A DNA stretch of 63,786 bases, filler included, from Sphacelaria rigidula (GCA_964200075.2; 9 parts of 9 records of this genome joined end to end with filler, not necessarily neighbours in it); one strand, 5' to 3'; shown: positions 25,588 through 39,300, counted from the first letter of the whole stretch. The notes: generated by a model from the letters alone, not told the origin. Numbers and translations: made by a program.

Positions 25588-26369
25588 TACGGATGTCTAC
25601 AAGCTGAAACTCTGCAGGGTGGTACAACTAACGACTAGCCATCGTTCAAACCTAAGAGAGCTCCGATTGAGGGTCCGAATAGTGCAGTACTTGCCGCAGA
25701 ATATCTTCGCTTTACCCTCATTTTTTCGTCTGCCACAAGGGTCCGCGTAGCCAGAAACTGGAGGACTGATAGGCATATGTTTTTTCTACACAGAGCATTT
25801 TGATTTGCCTTTGGAGCTGCCGTGTATATCGAGATATTGCCATCTCAATGAGGGGCGTTCAAACATGTGAAATGCGGTGTAAAAACCCATCCGGTCATAG
25901 GTGGTATCCAAATTGAGCAGTAAATAATTGCGCCGCGTTCAGTTGGCTTTGGTTCATGCTACGGTGAGGGATGCACATTTTTCTGCAAATCCTCATCATC
26001 CAGGATCTTTTAAGGCCAGGAATAACACAAAATTGAGGGTAAGATTATTCCTGTGTCATACTGCAATCCGGATACCCCGAGCCCTCGGAAATGCTGATCG
26101 TGATGTGCTCACAAATTTCATAGTGCAGTATGTTTTCGCGAGTTTGACACTCTGAGACACGACTAAGAGAGAGAATCGGTCGACCGAGAAACGGAATGAT
26201 TTCGATTCCGAAATGCTTCGCCGGGCCCTCTGTGAGGACCAAAACGCTTTCTACAGTTGGTTGCCATGCAGCCTTTGATGTATATGAATAATGTATTGAC
26301 ATGAACCTGTAAGCGCACGACCGTGTTCCACAGAAGAAAAACGCACACATACATACACACCCAAAATGG

Positions 26370-26762
26370 ACACGGGATTTTACAAATTTGGAATGGATTT
26401 TTATTGAGGATGAGAACCCGGAGAATTAAAACCTTCGTATTCACACCAAATGTCCGAAATATTGTTCCACTCCATCACCTACTGGTAGCTACTGAGAACT
26501 ACTACACCCAATACAAATATGGATCCTGATAACCGACATCTTGGGGTCATAGGGGAAGAAACAATTTTGGAGAATTGAAATTATCCGATCAGATCGCCGA
26601 AATTCCTCAAATTTGTTTGGCGTGTAGCAGCTGTCAACAGCTGCCAGCAAGTGAAGAAATGGAACCATATTTCGAAGTTTCGGTGTCGATGCGAAGAGTT
26701 TAATTCTCCAGGTTTCTCATCCTCAATGAAAAAACCATCCCCAATTTTTAAAATCCCGTGTT
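26370..26762. repeat. Foldback element, ~140-bp imperfect inverted arms
   Basis: ACACGGGATTTTA..ATTGAGGATGAGAA.CC.GGAGAATTAAA in the left arm is inverted at about 26700-26762. Confidence 0.8.
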
Positions 26763-26944
26763 GATGGCAAAAAATGGACAACTTGGAGTGAAACATAAAA
26801 AATTTAATCTGGACCAGCGATTGACTTCCAAACTCGCGAAAACCATATCATCACTCGTGGTTTGGATGAGATAGAGGGCACGTAATCATTCGACGCTCGG
26901 AATATGTGTGTGCGCCCCCATACCGTAGCACCATTTCACGGATA

Positions 26945-27672
26945 CTTACTCTGTCTCATAAGTCTGGGAACTTATGTTGGGAGAGACCGTTAACGGTCTC
27001 GGAAGTCTTCGGCGATAACTTTTTCGAAATCTTGAGCGTTTTTTGGGTTGAAACACATTTTTTTTTCTTGCGCACTACCCTGCATGGGCTAGCGGCTGAC
27101 AAGAAAGTAGTCAGGCCGAAAATGGCCGTATTTTGACCACTTTCCACTGGGGGCACGATAAAAAAACAACACTAAAAACCCCCAAGAATTATCCCCAACC
27201 TTGAACCTAACCCCCCTCTACTCAACGATGTATGTCGCATCCCCATACTAAAACCAGTATAATAGTGACCCCCACACTAAAACCAAGACACTTGCGGGGC
27301 AAACCAAACACCAGTAGGGCCCTATCCCAACCCCCACGTATCCATGTCGCTTCTCCCTATACTAAAACCAGTATATTATTGATCCCACACTAAAATCAAG
27401 ACAGTTGGGGGTCCCACAATAAAACCAAGACATTTGCGGGGTAAACAAAGTGTCGGTTAGTGCTATCAAAAATACTCTCAAAAAGGGCCAAAATGGGCAT
27501 ATTTTGACTTCATTTAAGTATAAACAACTATTTTTTTCAATTTTTTTTTTCTTGCATCAGCTTGGTTGGCGTTTCATCTTTCCAACAAACCCAACTATAG
27601 GATGATCGGAATAGTGTGCATACGCGAACAATTAAAAGTCCATAAGTTCCCAGACTTATGAGACAGAGGAAG
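26945..27672. mobile_element. Stowaway-like (Tc1/mariner) MITE, 728 bp, with internal short repeats
   Basis: 32-bp TIR CTTMCTCTGTCTCATAAGTCTGGGAACTTATG (1 mismatch), TA on both sides; internal ACTAAAACCA repeats at 27230-27445. Confidence 0.85.
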
Positions 27673-28742
27673 TATATATTTCCCGCTATCGTACATGCAC
27701 CAAATATTGCCTGCCAGTAGGAGTTACGTTACACATGTGTGTGCCGTTGTCTCTGGGATGGCGCGTGAAGCGTGCTTGCGGGATGGCCGTGCAACGTGTA
27801 ACGCACGGTCACATCCCGCCGACTCGCTGTGTCGTCCGCGATACCGTGAGCTTTCAGAGTGGTACCGCTGAAATGGTGTCGGTGTTCGCTTCGAAGAATA
27901 GGTGGTCACATCGTCTGTCCGGTGTGGTGCAGGCAGAATGTTGGCGAAAAACTGGCGCGTAGAAAGGGAGGAAAGATATGATCCGACGTCGTCTCTCTAA
28001 CGTTCAGCACATTGAACATCAGGTCATCAAAATTGAGGGCAGAGCTAGTAATTGAGGATGATAAGCGGAAAGCTGAAATAATCGGATCCACACAAATATT
28101 TCGCAATATTGTTGCATCCCTTCACCCACCCGTAGTTATCGGTAAATACTGCACGCCGTACAATTCTGGGTTTCAATTACCAAAATTTGGGGCCCCTAGA
28201 TGAATATATATATATACAAGGGGTTTGGCGGCTTCCGCCGCAACGCTCAATGAGATCGATAGCCAAGGTACATGAGGACCGGTCATCGTTGCTCGCNNNN
28301 NNNNNNNNNNNNNNNNNNNNNNNNNNNNNNNNNNNNNNNNTTAATTAATTAANNNNNNNNNNNNNNNNNNNNNNNNNNNNNNNNNNNNNNNNNNNNCCAC
28401 CAACACCCACACGCGACCCCCCACACCCCACCGGCGCCACCACACCCACCACCGCGGAGGGGGGGGGGGGGGGGGGGAAGCTATGATGACGTGAAAACAA
28501 AAACCTGGGCCTGGGACACTGAGATCCCCCCCCTTAAAACTTGGGGCTGTAACCTTCACCACAATCACACCTTCACGCTGGAAAACAGGGAGAGACGCGA
28601 CAACCGATGCAACAGACCTCCAGCAGTGACCCAAAAGGTGGCGAAGCCAAGTCAAGCAGTCACAACAGCAAGCCACAGCAGCAGACGGGTATTCACGTCT
28701 TGTCCAAATGCGCTCCGACATGGTTTGGTCCAGCCGCCTCAC

Positions 28743-29033
28743 CTCAACGTACGCAGAACCGTCTCTCCCAAAAGAATCGAAAAAAGATATCACCGTTCCC
28801 CTCTCCCGCTTCGCCGTCTCCCCCGAGTCTTCGACACCACCGTCGTTGCCCTCGCTGCCGCACTTGCTGCCGCTGCCATCCAAGTCTACGACAACTAGAA
28901 TCCAGTGCACATTCCCCTGGTTTATCGGAATGAAGAGTTTGTTCATATCGAACAGCGAGGATTTTCCACTAGGAAGGCGAGAGCTCTTGGTCCAGCCTTT
29001 CACCCTTGAGTAGTCCACCACGAACGACCCACC
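28743..29033 (-). CDS. Ulp1/SENP-like peptidase C48, exon with catalytic His and Asp (gene runs off the contig)
   Basis: VKGWTK..LFDMNKLFIPINQGNVHWILVVVD...FFDS; AG/GT phase-0 boundaries, 291 nt. Confidence 0.88.
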
Positions 29034-29673
29034 CTTTGTTGTCCAACAGGGACGGTGGGTTGATGATGTGTCCGGTATTGGCCCCACATATTGATGGGGG
29101 AAAAAAAGCGGACGAGGACCCAGGTAAAAAAGCGCGAGGGTGATCTTGGAGTATTGAACAGAAACGAGCTAAAATCACGGCATGGCAATATCCGCTCACA
29201 CGGGTTCACCTGCGCTCCTCGTGTGCATAAATCATCTCATTTGTGAATGCCGTCGTCTAATCTATCGCTTACATATTTTTCGTCCCACGGGAAATAAGCA
29301 ATGTGGAAAACCGAAAACAAAAACAAAAACAAAAAAGAAAATATCAGCATCCGTGGCCAATACCCGTGAAGAACGTCCAATAAAAATGTGGGCATGGGAC
29401 TGATGAGACCAACAACAATTGTGAAAAAATTGAAAGCATCTCTGCATCAAACTATTGCCCCAGATAGCTTGCAACGCTTGCACGATCCACACGGTACATG
29501 TTGGCACTATTATTCAAATGTGCGAAGCAGTTGGCCGGAGCGATTATTAAATGTACCGTACATCCTATCGATACAGAGATATAACATGCCATCAACAGGG
29601 GCTTCCGCGTTGCTTCTTATTGGGCAACGGTGCTTCGTTCGATATAGAAAGTAGCAAGGGGTCGGTAGGTCAC

Positions 29674-29772
29674 CTTTTCCGTAGCGGGACACAAGAATCC
29701 GAAGAAAGAGGAGTCGAAGTACAGGTTCTCCGGGTATTTCTCCTGAAGCTGTTTCACCCGGATGTCGACGAT
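29674..29772 (-). CDS. Ulp1/SENP-like peptidase, internal exon
   Basis: IVDIRVKQLQEKYPENLYFDSSFFGFL continues the WLTSQ motif of the previous exon; CAG/GT phase-0 boundaries, 99 nt. Confidence 0.8.
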
Positions 29773-30144
29773 CTGTCCGAGGGAAAATGCATCAACCCGA
29801 ATCAACATTTGACAATACAAGAAGTGAGAGAGGCGACTCTCCCTGTTGATTACGTGCATGCTGAACGGAACCGGGCTCTTCACAAACACGGGAACGAGAC
29901 GAACTCTCGCGTGCGATCGTCGTGACTACCATCAAATTGACCGATACATGCCATCACGTGCAGGCACTACATTCCTCACCGAACCCGCAACATGCAATCA
30001 CCCGACTTTATATGCATGCCGATGCCTTTACCGCTTGTGCACATTGTAGCTCTCTCTTCCTCCTCTTTCCCACAGGACTCTTCAGCCACTTCAACTGATG
30101 TCATGAGAATCTCTGAAATGATCGTACCCCGCGCGTTCGCTGAC

Positions 30145-32970
30145 CTGTGACGTCAGCCAGCCGTCGCTGAGATGAATGCGGTCAAAGTGGTCCTGCCGCA
30201 ACGTGATGCCTCGAACGTTCACGGACAGGTTCGAGCCTCCACCGCCGGCGCCGGCGCCCCATCCCCCCGAGCTTTGTTTCCGTGTAGGTCTTGACGTCAA
30301 CCAGTTACCCTTTCGACAAGCACTCCAGTCGACATCAGCCTCTCCTTCTTGCCCCGTGTCCGGCCCTGTCAAGTCTTCCATTGCTTGTTTTTCACGGCCG
30401 CCGCCGGAACTGCCACTGATCGCTCTTGTCATCGGTCTACGGACTTCCGCCTCCGCATGAAATGTATGCCCAGCGGCACCGCTCGACGTGTTCGGTTCCC
30501 ACTTTTCGTTCCACTCCACGTTCTCATCTTCGTCGCCACCAGGAGTATCTTTGCATGGGATGGGCATCGGCGGCTTCCGCTTTGTCACGGAAGTACCGCC
30601 AGCTGCAGCAGCGCGGCTGCCAAAACTACTGTTGGAGTTGGTGCCGTCGCCCCAGGAGAGCGGGAGTGTATTTTGGCGCCTCCTTCCTCCCGCCGGAACA
30701 ATCCTTTCTATATCCCCACCCTCTCCAGGACCTCTCCACTCCAGCCGCCCACTGACTGCGCCACCCGTAGCACGGCTGGTCCTGCCTGTGTCCCAGCCAT
30801 CGCTCCGAGAACCACTGGTACATTTTGCCTTGAGCTGAACGTCGATCGGCTCCTGCGTTGCTTGTGCCTGCTGCTGCGCCACTCGTTTCCGCCGCCGCGT
30901 AGCTTGTTCTTGCAACACAAACAGCTCCGCAGCTCGTTCATCTGTGGTTTGCTGCGGCGCCGACGACTTCTGCATGTCATCAATTTCTTGCCATAAGGCA
31001 CCGATCGTTGGTGACCGTTTCGAGGCGCACCGAAACGAAGGCGGCATCGTCGAGGACGACACGGGGGTAGTAACACCGTCATCAACAACATCGTGAACCT
31101 CCGGTTGCGCGTCCTTCAACCGAACCCATCCTTTCGAGTCGTGGTATTCATCATTGTCAGTTGATACTCGCGGCCGACACCGCTGCAGATGCAGCCGAGA
31201 AGAGAGAGTATTCGAAGACTTCGAACCGGCGCCGGCAAAACCGGTAGCGGTGGCACTGTCGCCCGTACCGACTCCCTCCGATGCATTGGTACGCCCATCA
31301 CCACCAGCTTGTGCGGGGGCATTCCCACTAACGGCTGCGCCGGCCGCTATGGCCTGGGCGATCTTGGCGGGTTGGTATGCAACCTCGGACACACCGCGTC
31401 CGCTCATGTTGGTCGAGGGGTGGCCAGGGGGCGCTATCCGATCTACTCTCTGATTCTCATTCTTCTCTGTGAGGCCGCTTGCATCACTACTCATACCTCC
31501 GCCTTCGCGGCGCATTTCTCTTTGATCGGCTTCTGTGCTTGCTTTCGAAGGCGACGATGGTGACAAGAACGATGACGTCGAGTCTGTGCCGCAGCCGCTC
31601 ATTCTCCCGCTACACACAGAAGCAGCGGTAGCCGTCCCATTTGCAATCAAGTGCATCTCATCGTCCGTGTCCGATCCAGTATCTCCAATGCTCATCACCT
31701 CCTGCTCCTCCGCTCGTCTGCCGCAAGGACGAGCATCGCGGAATCGCACATCTTCCAGATTCGAATGAAACTGTTTCCGTGGTGACCGCTTCTTGTCCAT
31801 GCCCCCCGCCCCTTCATCCTCGGTTGCTGCCGCCGCTGCATCTCCACTACCGAATCTTATCTCACCGCTACTACTGGAGTGTGTACTGCTTCTGCCATTC
31901 CTGCTCGTATCTTTGCCAGCGAGCCGTCGCCGCGCGATCCATTCAGCAGACGCGGGGTGCTTGCTCTGAGTAATTCGTCTGGAAATTGTATCGACGCCAC
32001 AAGACGGCCCATCAGCAGCTTGGTTGGTCGCAACCTCCGTCGGTGTATCACCGTCACTTTCGTCCACCTCCATGTGATTGACCAGGACGTGTTTCGGTCC
32101 CCCGTCAGCCTGGCCCAACTTGCCAACAGCGTTTCTTATTCGTGCCATTTCGCCGCCGTTCGATTCCCTCTTCATTTCATCGGTCTTCATCTGCCGGAGG
32201 GACAGGCGATCACCCGCGGCTGAGGCTGCTACACTGGGAGGCACACCCATCGTTGCGACCGGAATCTTCAGTTCAGAAAAGCGGCCATCACCATCTCCTT
32301 TTGGCAATCTCGCCGGGTCCGTTCCCCCGGAGCCCCTTCCTCCACCGCTAGCTCGAGTCCCTTCTCCATCGGCCTGGGTAGCTTCGTTCGTACTATAACC
32401 GCCTTGCCCTCTGTCACCACCGCTGCTGCGTCCGCCACCGCCATCATGGACGTCCTCCTCATCATCGTTTACTTCAATAACTTCCTGCGCGAGGGGCATC
32501 GCCAAGACTGCTCTCGCCTCGTGCGCTCTGCGCAAATCGCTTTCCAAGATAAACGATGGCGATTTCCGCCGAGGGGACTTCGCTATCGTCCCTGACCCGT
32601 ACTCTGTGCGCGGTCGTTTCCCTACTCGTGCACGCAGTGAGGAGATCGTCGCCTCTTCCCCACCTCTCGCCGCCGCAGTTGCCCGTTGGGGTTCGCTCCT
32701 GTCACATGAAGTGGCGGACGACGCCGAGCGTTCATGTGGAGAGGTGGAAGGCACGTCATGTAACGGGTCTCGATCATACAGAGCCAACACAGGCTTGGCA
32801 TTCAGCCAGTCGCTCACGCCGATCTCCTTGACTCGTTGATCCTTCGCCATGTAGTAGTCGTTTCCATGCCTGTTCGTACGGTGCGCGGATACACGAACCA
32901 CGCGCGGGGTCGGCTCAGATTCGAGGACATGCCCAGCATCTACGCCGCATGCAAAAGCGCACAAGGTCAA
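30145..32970 (-). CDS. Ulp1/SENP-like peptidase, very large exon encoding a disordered G/S/A/R-rich N-terminal region and the start of the C48 domain
   Basis: 959-codon ORF ending VRGITLRQDHFDRIHLSDGWLTSQ|GTCAGC (Ulp1 'WL.D.' motif); 5' boundary uncertain. Confidence 0.8.
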
Positions 32971-33185
32971 GCAGTGCTAATCTTCCACAGTTCTCGCGGT
33001 CATATTGCCATTGATGCAGAAGAACGGAGGAGTATCCCGCACCAGCCAGGATTCGCGAAGGTCTTCTGATGACGCTCCCTTCAAATCATTGTGTGCATGA
33101 ATTATAATGAAGATCTGTGGCTGCATATATTGTACACAAATTGCGTTTGGCGGATAGGCCTAACACAAAAAACGGGGTACGATAC

Positions 33186-33790
33186 CTGAACAAGCACACG
33201 TTCTTCTTCTCCTTCGTGATGACGACCATTACGGCGAGCTTGAAGGAAAAAACGTCGAATGCCCCGGCGCCCTCTCGCCGTATCTTCAACGTTTTATCCG
33301 ATCCCCGCGCCCCAAGCACTTTCCACGTCGCCACCAAACAGTCCGGGGCCACCTTCATCTTCCACTCCTGCAGCACGGATGGAGACCAACATGCGGACCG
33401 AATATCATCTGCACATTTCCAATTGTAATAGCTCACGCCCGAATATTGGCGATGGCCAGAAGACAAACCGTCCTTTTCGGCAAAGTGCTCAATTTCGGTT
33501 CGAAATATATGTACGGTACCTCCTTGAACTCCCTGCGATTGCATCTTGGGCAGCGGCGCTTGGTGCCTGAGTGGGCGCGTCTCTCGACCATCAACTGCGC
33601 CGAATCTTGCAGGCAGTTCAGCTGCATCTCGACGTGGTCCGGATCAATGGGGGCGTCTGTGTACTGGCACTCGCGACATTTGGCGTTTTTACTGTAGACG
33701 GATTTTGTGGCGGTTTCCAGCACCGCTTGCGCATTTCCGGAGGGGCCTACGATCGCCCGTACAGCTTCCATTGGCTTCACCGGGCACGGT
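33186..33790 (-). CDS. Probable upstream exons of the same gene (CxxC...CxxC segment); exon structure unresolved
   Basis: Coding-like frames CRECQ...CPRC...LSTLPKRTVCLL and EWKMKV...FKLAVMVV; splice phases could not be fully reconciled. Confidence 0.5.
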
Positions 33791-33943
33791 TGTTGGTTGT
33801 TTTCCCACATCAAATTTTGGGGGAGGGGAAGGAGGGGGGGGGGGGGGGGGGGCGGAGGCAAGGGGGCAAGGGGGGGGCCAGAAAAAGGGGGGGGGGAGGG
33901 AACAGGAAAAAAAGGGAAGGGGNNNNNNNNNNGGGGGGGGCGT

Positions 33944-33986
<43 letters not shown>

Positions 33987-35884
33987 GCAGGCAAGCAGGC
34001 AAGCAGGGACGCAGATCAAGTAAGATGGGAGAGACCAGGCAAAATAGAGAAGGGATCGTTTCTCACGCCAAATGCAGCAACAGAAAACGAACGGGTCAAG
34101 CGCAGTCTGATTGAGCAGTGCAGCATAACCTTCATCCTACGGTATGCATAGGTTCGTGGGGAGAGCATGCGCAGCAATAGTACAAAGAAGCGTGTGGGCC
34201 TCAGTTCACAGTGTTGGCCTGACTATAGAGATTTAGGTCCCCTTATAGGGGCGATCCCCGAAAGAAGCGACAGAGTTTACCTCTCTCAGCGCATCTCGAC
34301 AAACTCAACCACGGGCAAACACGCATAAACGGGGGGTGCATGAAAAATCCACAACTTTGCCCGTCTGTCTGGCTATGGCGACCGTTCTCACCTTTCCAGC
34401 GCTACACTCAACGCCACGCTGCAAGCCGCCAACAATCTGAAGCTGACGTCGGTAGCTTTTCGAGGCACTAGTTACTTTCTCGGTACTTCCCCGGCGTAGA
34501 GACATACAAATAAACAAGTGTTGCGGAGAGACGTGCTCGCTGTTTTTGACGGCCAAAAGACACGCAAAAGGTAGCTGCTCTACACGAGCTCGGGCGATGT
34601 ATTTATACATCCATCTGACCACTCCACGGAACGTGCCACAACGGTGGATATCTTCTCCTGACTGTATACAACGGTATATTTTCGCGGTACGAGGTAGTCT
34701 TCCGTTTTTTCAGCGTCAGCTGCAAGTGCTTACTACAGTATTCGCCACGAGGCGGGTAGAGTCCGAAACGACTCGACCCGTCGCAATATAGGAGCAATGT
34801 TGACGTGGAGTTACGTTACTTGTACCGACTGCAACAGCCACCTTCCTAGCCAAGGAGGTGCACCGTATAGTTATCATACCTTCCTGGCGACTAGATAACT
34901 CTGCCTCGCAAAAAACGCTGTAATGATGGCGACTTGGGCGCAAGCTCGTTGCACATGAAAACGCCGGTCGTATATGCAATAACTCGCCGCATTGAGAGGT
35001 GGACTAGCAGTTCACATGCAAGAATTTCATGTTTGGACCATCAGTTGATGGTGCTGCGATCCCGGCTAATGGCGCGCGGTGTAATTCAGGGCTACGACCG
35101 GGCATCATGGGCGTCTGTCCAGCAGCACATCGAAAGATGAGCAGCACGGTGATACACAACAGCGAAATACATACACGGCTATGGATGGCTGTGCATGAAT
35201 ACAGCATGCTGTGGTGGGATAATCCACCCTCGACCCTTGTTAGGGCCGTGCGTATTTCGTTTTGAGGTCCCCAGAGGCAGTGATTTGTCTGTGCAGTGTG
35301 ACAGAGTGCGCTTCCATCATGCCAGTGGACGAGGACAACAAGGGCATGAAGCACGGAGTCATCCTACGATAGGGGGGGGGGTATTTGGTTGCACNNNNNN
35401 NNNNNNNNNNNNNNNNNNNNNNNNNNNNNNNNNNNNNNTTAATTAATTAANNNNNNNNNNNNNNNNNNNNNNNNNNNNNNNNNNNNNNNNNNNNATTCGG
35501 ATGACAGCCTACAATGAGTTGCTTTATTGTCTGGTATCGCCACTCCCTGAGACAGCCACAGCTTATACACTGCCTCGTGGGTGCCTCACCATTTAAACAC
35601 TACGTGGTACGATCGTCCCCATTGTGCGGAGTCGAGGTTCTCCCCATGGATAATGCCAATCTGTACGAAACTTGTACAGTACTGTTGTGTATTTTGTTCC
35701 AATTTTGTCTTTCGGCACAAGACTGGTTTACGTACTGCTCACTGCTGGCGCACTGTACGGTACTGTACCTGCAGTCCCTCTTGGCAGAGGATAGGAGTAG
35801 GGAGTCAGCGCTCCACCTTGTACGGTATTCAGGTGTCTCTGACAAGGGAAAGACCCGCTGACTCTGCTAGACGATGAAGACGAC

Positions 35885-36180
35885 ATGTCACCGGATGATG
35901 CGCCTATCGGGATGGTGGTCCCGGACGGGTTTCGCCTTCAACCGTCGAGACCACCTGCTCTAGGTAGTTCCTTGGTGAAACGTGGAGTGTTGTTGCGATT
36001 GAGCATGGGGTGGTTTGGTGGCCTGATCACTCGCAAGAGTGAGGAGCGCACCAAAGAATTACACGACTATCGTGTGCGTCTTGAAGAAGATTAGAGCGTG
36101 CGTAGCATGAAGCTACCGTTAGCTGCATACAGCACGAAGGCAAGCGCGCCGGTTGGTTTGTTGGTCGTACTAGAGCCTAG
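35885..36180 (+). pseudogene. Remnant of an uncharacterised beta-rich domain, probably TE-derived
   Basis: VVPDGFRLQP...GWFGGLI...YRVRLEED*SVRSMKLPLAAYSTKASAPVG; reads through a TAG; resembles 10517-10786. Confidence 0.45.
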
Positions 36181-36319
36181 TAACAAGCAGCAGAGGGGGG
36201 GCTACGGTCGGAAGGGGAGGGCAGAACAGCCAGCGGGGAGATCCGGAAACAGGCCCGAAAGCACCGGCAGTCAGTAGCAGGGGGAGAGTATTAACGCCCA
36301 ACGTGCGTAATATAGACCA

Positions 36320-39300
36320 TGTCGATTGAGTGGCTATTCTGCGGCTACAATAGTACAACAGTGCTACCGAAGTTTTGTATTCGTCGGAGGTAGGCAACAT
36401 GAAGTTTCACCCATGCAGTCCTAGAGAGCTTCGTCATATAATGAAAATCTGGTGAAACACAGTACGTATGCGTGATGAATGCAATGTGCCTAGCATGAAT
36501 CTTGACAAGCACTCAGGGAAAAAATGGCGTATTGGATGCCTATGCAAAATAAGAAATTCAAAATTAAGCATCTGGCGTTTTGCATCTCTTCGAACGATAA
36601 GAATTTGGATTTAAGCATTTCTGTAGCAATCGGCGAGGAGATAAGAACCCGAGCCTCACTCCAAATAAGAGTTTCTCAACATATATATGTCGCTATCTGT
36701 AGAACAATTACCGTTCAACACCGAGAAGGTGATTTGCTTTGCGCGGGCGACCTCAGGGTTTATTCAGACATGAAAAATGGACTTCGAAAATCAAGTAGAC
36801 GGCATCATCGTGAGAATACAAGGAGATGACCAAGACGCGGCAAGGGAGATACTATCAGGATACATGCAGGAGCAAGCGAAACACCTACAAGATCTGCGAC
36901 AACAAAGTCAAGCACAGGATGAGGATCCGAGCCTGGGAGCGCGCGCGTCAGCGACAAGAGCGGCGCCCCTCCAGCAGCGCATTAAACCTACGACTACGAC
37001 AGTATTTTAAGACGCACGTCTACACACGCAGAATCAAGCCCAGATGGTACAGTCTGGCATATTTAGGGTACGTTCACATAACACTATAGCAGTTTGGGAT
37101 GGTACGACAAAGAGTGGGGAGGAAGTAAGACAAACGTTCATGGTTTTCAAGCTGCAGATGACAGCGTACTTTAAGCAGGAGCTCTGCGAAGAGGCTCTGT
37201 ACACAACTTTCCCCATTAGAGTACATTTTGATACAGAGCGGGATTTGATCGAGAGGTTTAGAAACGAGTTGGCGGGGAAGGCCATGAAAGCATGGAGTAT
37301 ACTCGTCGAAACAATATCCTTTGTTCCGCTCGTTCAGCAGCTAGTAAGACTAGGTAACCCCAGCGAGGGATGGAGGTACATTGTAGACTACTACACCGAT
37401 TCTCCAACTACTGAGAAGGCGCAGTTGGACCATCAATGGCAGAGTCTGGATGTGAACTTGGGAGAGGACCTCCGCATGTTTCTCGATAGAGCAAATTAAT
37501 CAGGTACAATCGTGCGAGGCTTGGAGTCGTAATATCAGGTTCAGATGCCAACCAGCACTATATACGCCGCCTGTCAAGTAACTTCGAAATCTCGCGCGGT
37601 GTATTGCTTGCCATGGATGAAGTAATCACAGAGGCCCTTGAGCGCATGGTGATGACGGCGCATGGAGAGATGGAACTGGCCAGGACCAGGGCCGGCAGGA
37701 ATCAGGATGGGGTTCAGGGCCACGCGCTCGTCGCTGCCACTGGAAGTGGTAGCGGTGGGGGCGTGCGGCAAGACGGACGACAGCAGGGCGGTGAGAGACG
37801 TCTGCAACAGAGTGATGTTTTTTGTCATTTCCACAATACGACCCAGCACGACGACTCTGAATGCAACGCACAACGATACATTCACGCACAAGAAAGTCGT
37901 GGTGATCGTGGTGCGTGGAAGGGTGTTCGCCAGCAGCAATACCATAGTGCAGACAGTTTTGGAGGTCGTGGGGGTAGCGGACGCGGTAGAATGCACACCC
38001 AATCACCGGAGCAGCTCATTCAGCAACAACAACAGCAGCAACAACGCCAGCAATCCCAGTAGCAGCAGCAAGCGAGACGTGGAGGACGGGGCGCAGGGCG
38101 TGGATTTAGTCCCAGGTACGGTGGCTCGGGGCGCGGTGGCGGGGATGCCCACCCATGCAGCCAGCTCCCGCATTATGATTCACCTCAAGGTGGGTATGAC
38201 TACTCAGGTTATCCTGATGGTTTACACCGCCCTGTAGGCAACGAACCCCAAATCCACCACGCAGACCCCCATAAATGATGCATCACATGCGATGAAGTGG
38301 GCCACATGCATACTTTTTGCCCATAGCGTAGAGTAGTGCGGCCGCAAGTCGATTCGGGGATTCGTCATGTGAGTCTTGCCCACACTCAACCTCATCACGG
38401 AGGACACCAGCCCCCCCCCTGAGCCCATTCCTATGGATCGGTCAACACCGTGCAACTGTACGGTGACCAAGGGGGGTACGAAGGAAGCAGTCACATCGAA
38501 GAACACTGGAACGGAACGGAAGGAGACGGGCGGGTGTTGGAAGATAGCAGCAACTTCAGCGGTGCAGGTTACACGCACTGTATCCAGTTTCCCCGTAATC
38601 CCCCGCACTCCTCCGCAGGGGCCACCAACAGCCAGATCCAGTCACCACCGCAGCAAGGTGAACTTCAACTGCAACACCTTCACCAACTACACCAGTAGCA
38701 ACCACCTCATCATGCCCAACCTGATACCAATCTGCCTTCCTCCGGTTCAGCTTCATCCTCTGCGCCGCTTCACCTGTGTATGGCATACACTGTGTCACAA
38801 GGCGAATCACGTTTTGAGTGGGGTGATTTTACTGGGGGGTTTGCTTTGCTTAACCAGAGTGGGCCGGGGTTTGATGTGGATGATGGTACAGAGGAGTGGA
38901 TAGCTGACAATGGTGCTTCCTACCATACCACTGATTCAATGGTTGGTATGTTCGATCTGTGCCCCTCCCCCCGGAAGGAAATGAACATGTGATCGTAAAG
39001 AACAGAACAATTCTCCCTGTCCGAGCAGTCAGGAGTTTGAAGCTCAAATTTCAAATGGCGAATTCCTCCGCCCCGAGATCCGTCGGTGCGTCCTCAGAAT
39101 TTTGCGTGCAGCTGACTGATGCTTACGTTTTTGAAGGTATACATTTCAACCTTTTTTCTCTGCACCAAGTGCAGAAAAAGCAGGATGTACTTTTGACTGA
39201 AACAGGGGTACATATATTTGACGGTCAGCTTCGCTTCGATCGTAATGAGCGGTCTTCATCACAAAAGTCCACTCGATTACCGTCAACATACCAAAACCAC

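Noticed and set aside
27175..27215. Telomere-like AACCT/TAACCC motifs
   Set aside because: Too few and degenerate; internal to a MITE.
28743..32970. Transposon-borne Ulp1 (Mutator-type capture)
   Set aside because: No transposase or TIRs on the contig; the intron-containing structure fits a host gene, though the flanks are missing.
33815..33985. Poly-Pro/poly-Gly ORFs or a G-quadruplex locus
   Set aside because: G-run around an internal N gap; likely low-quality or collapsed sequence.
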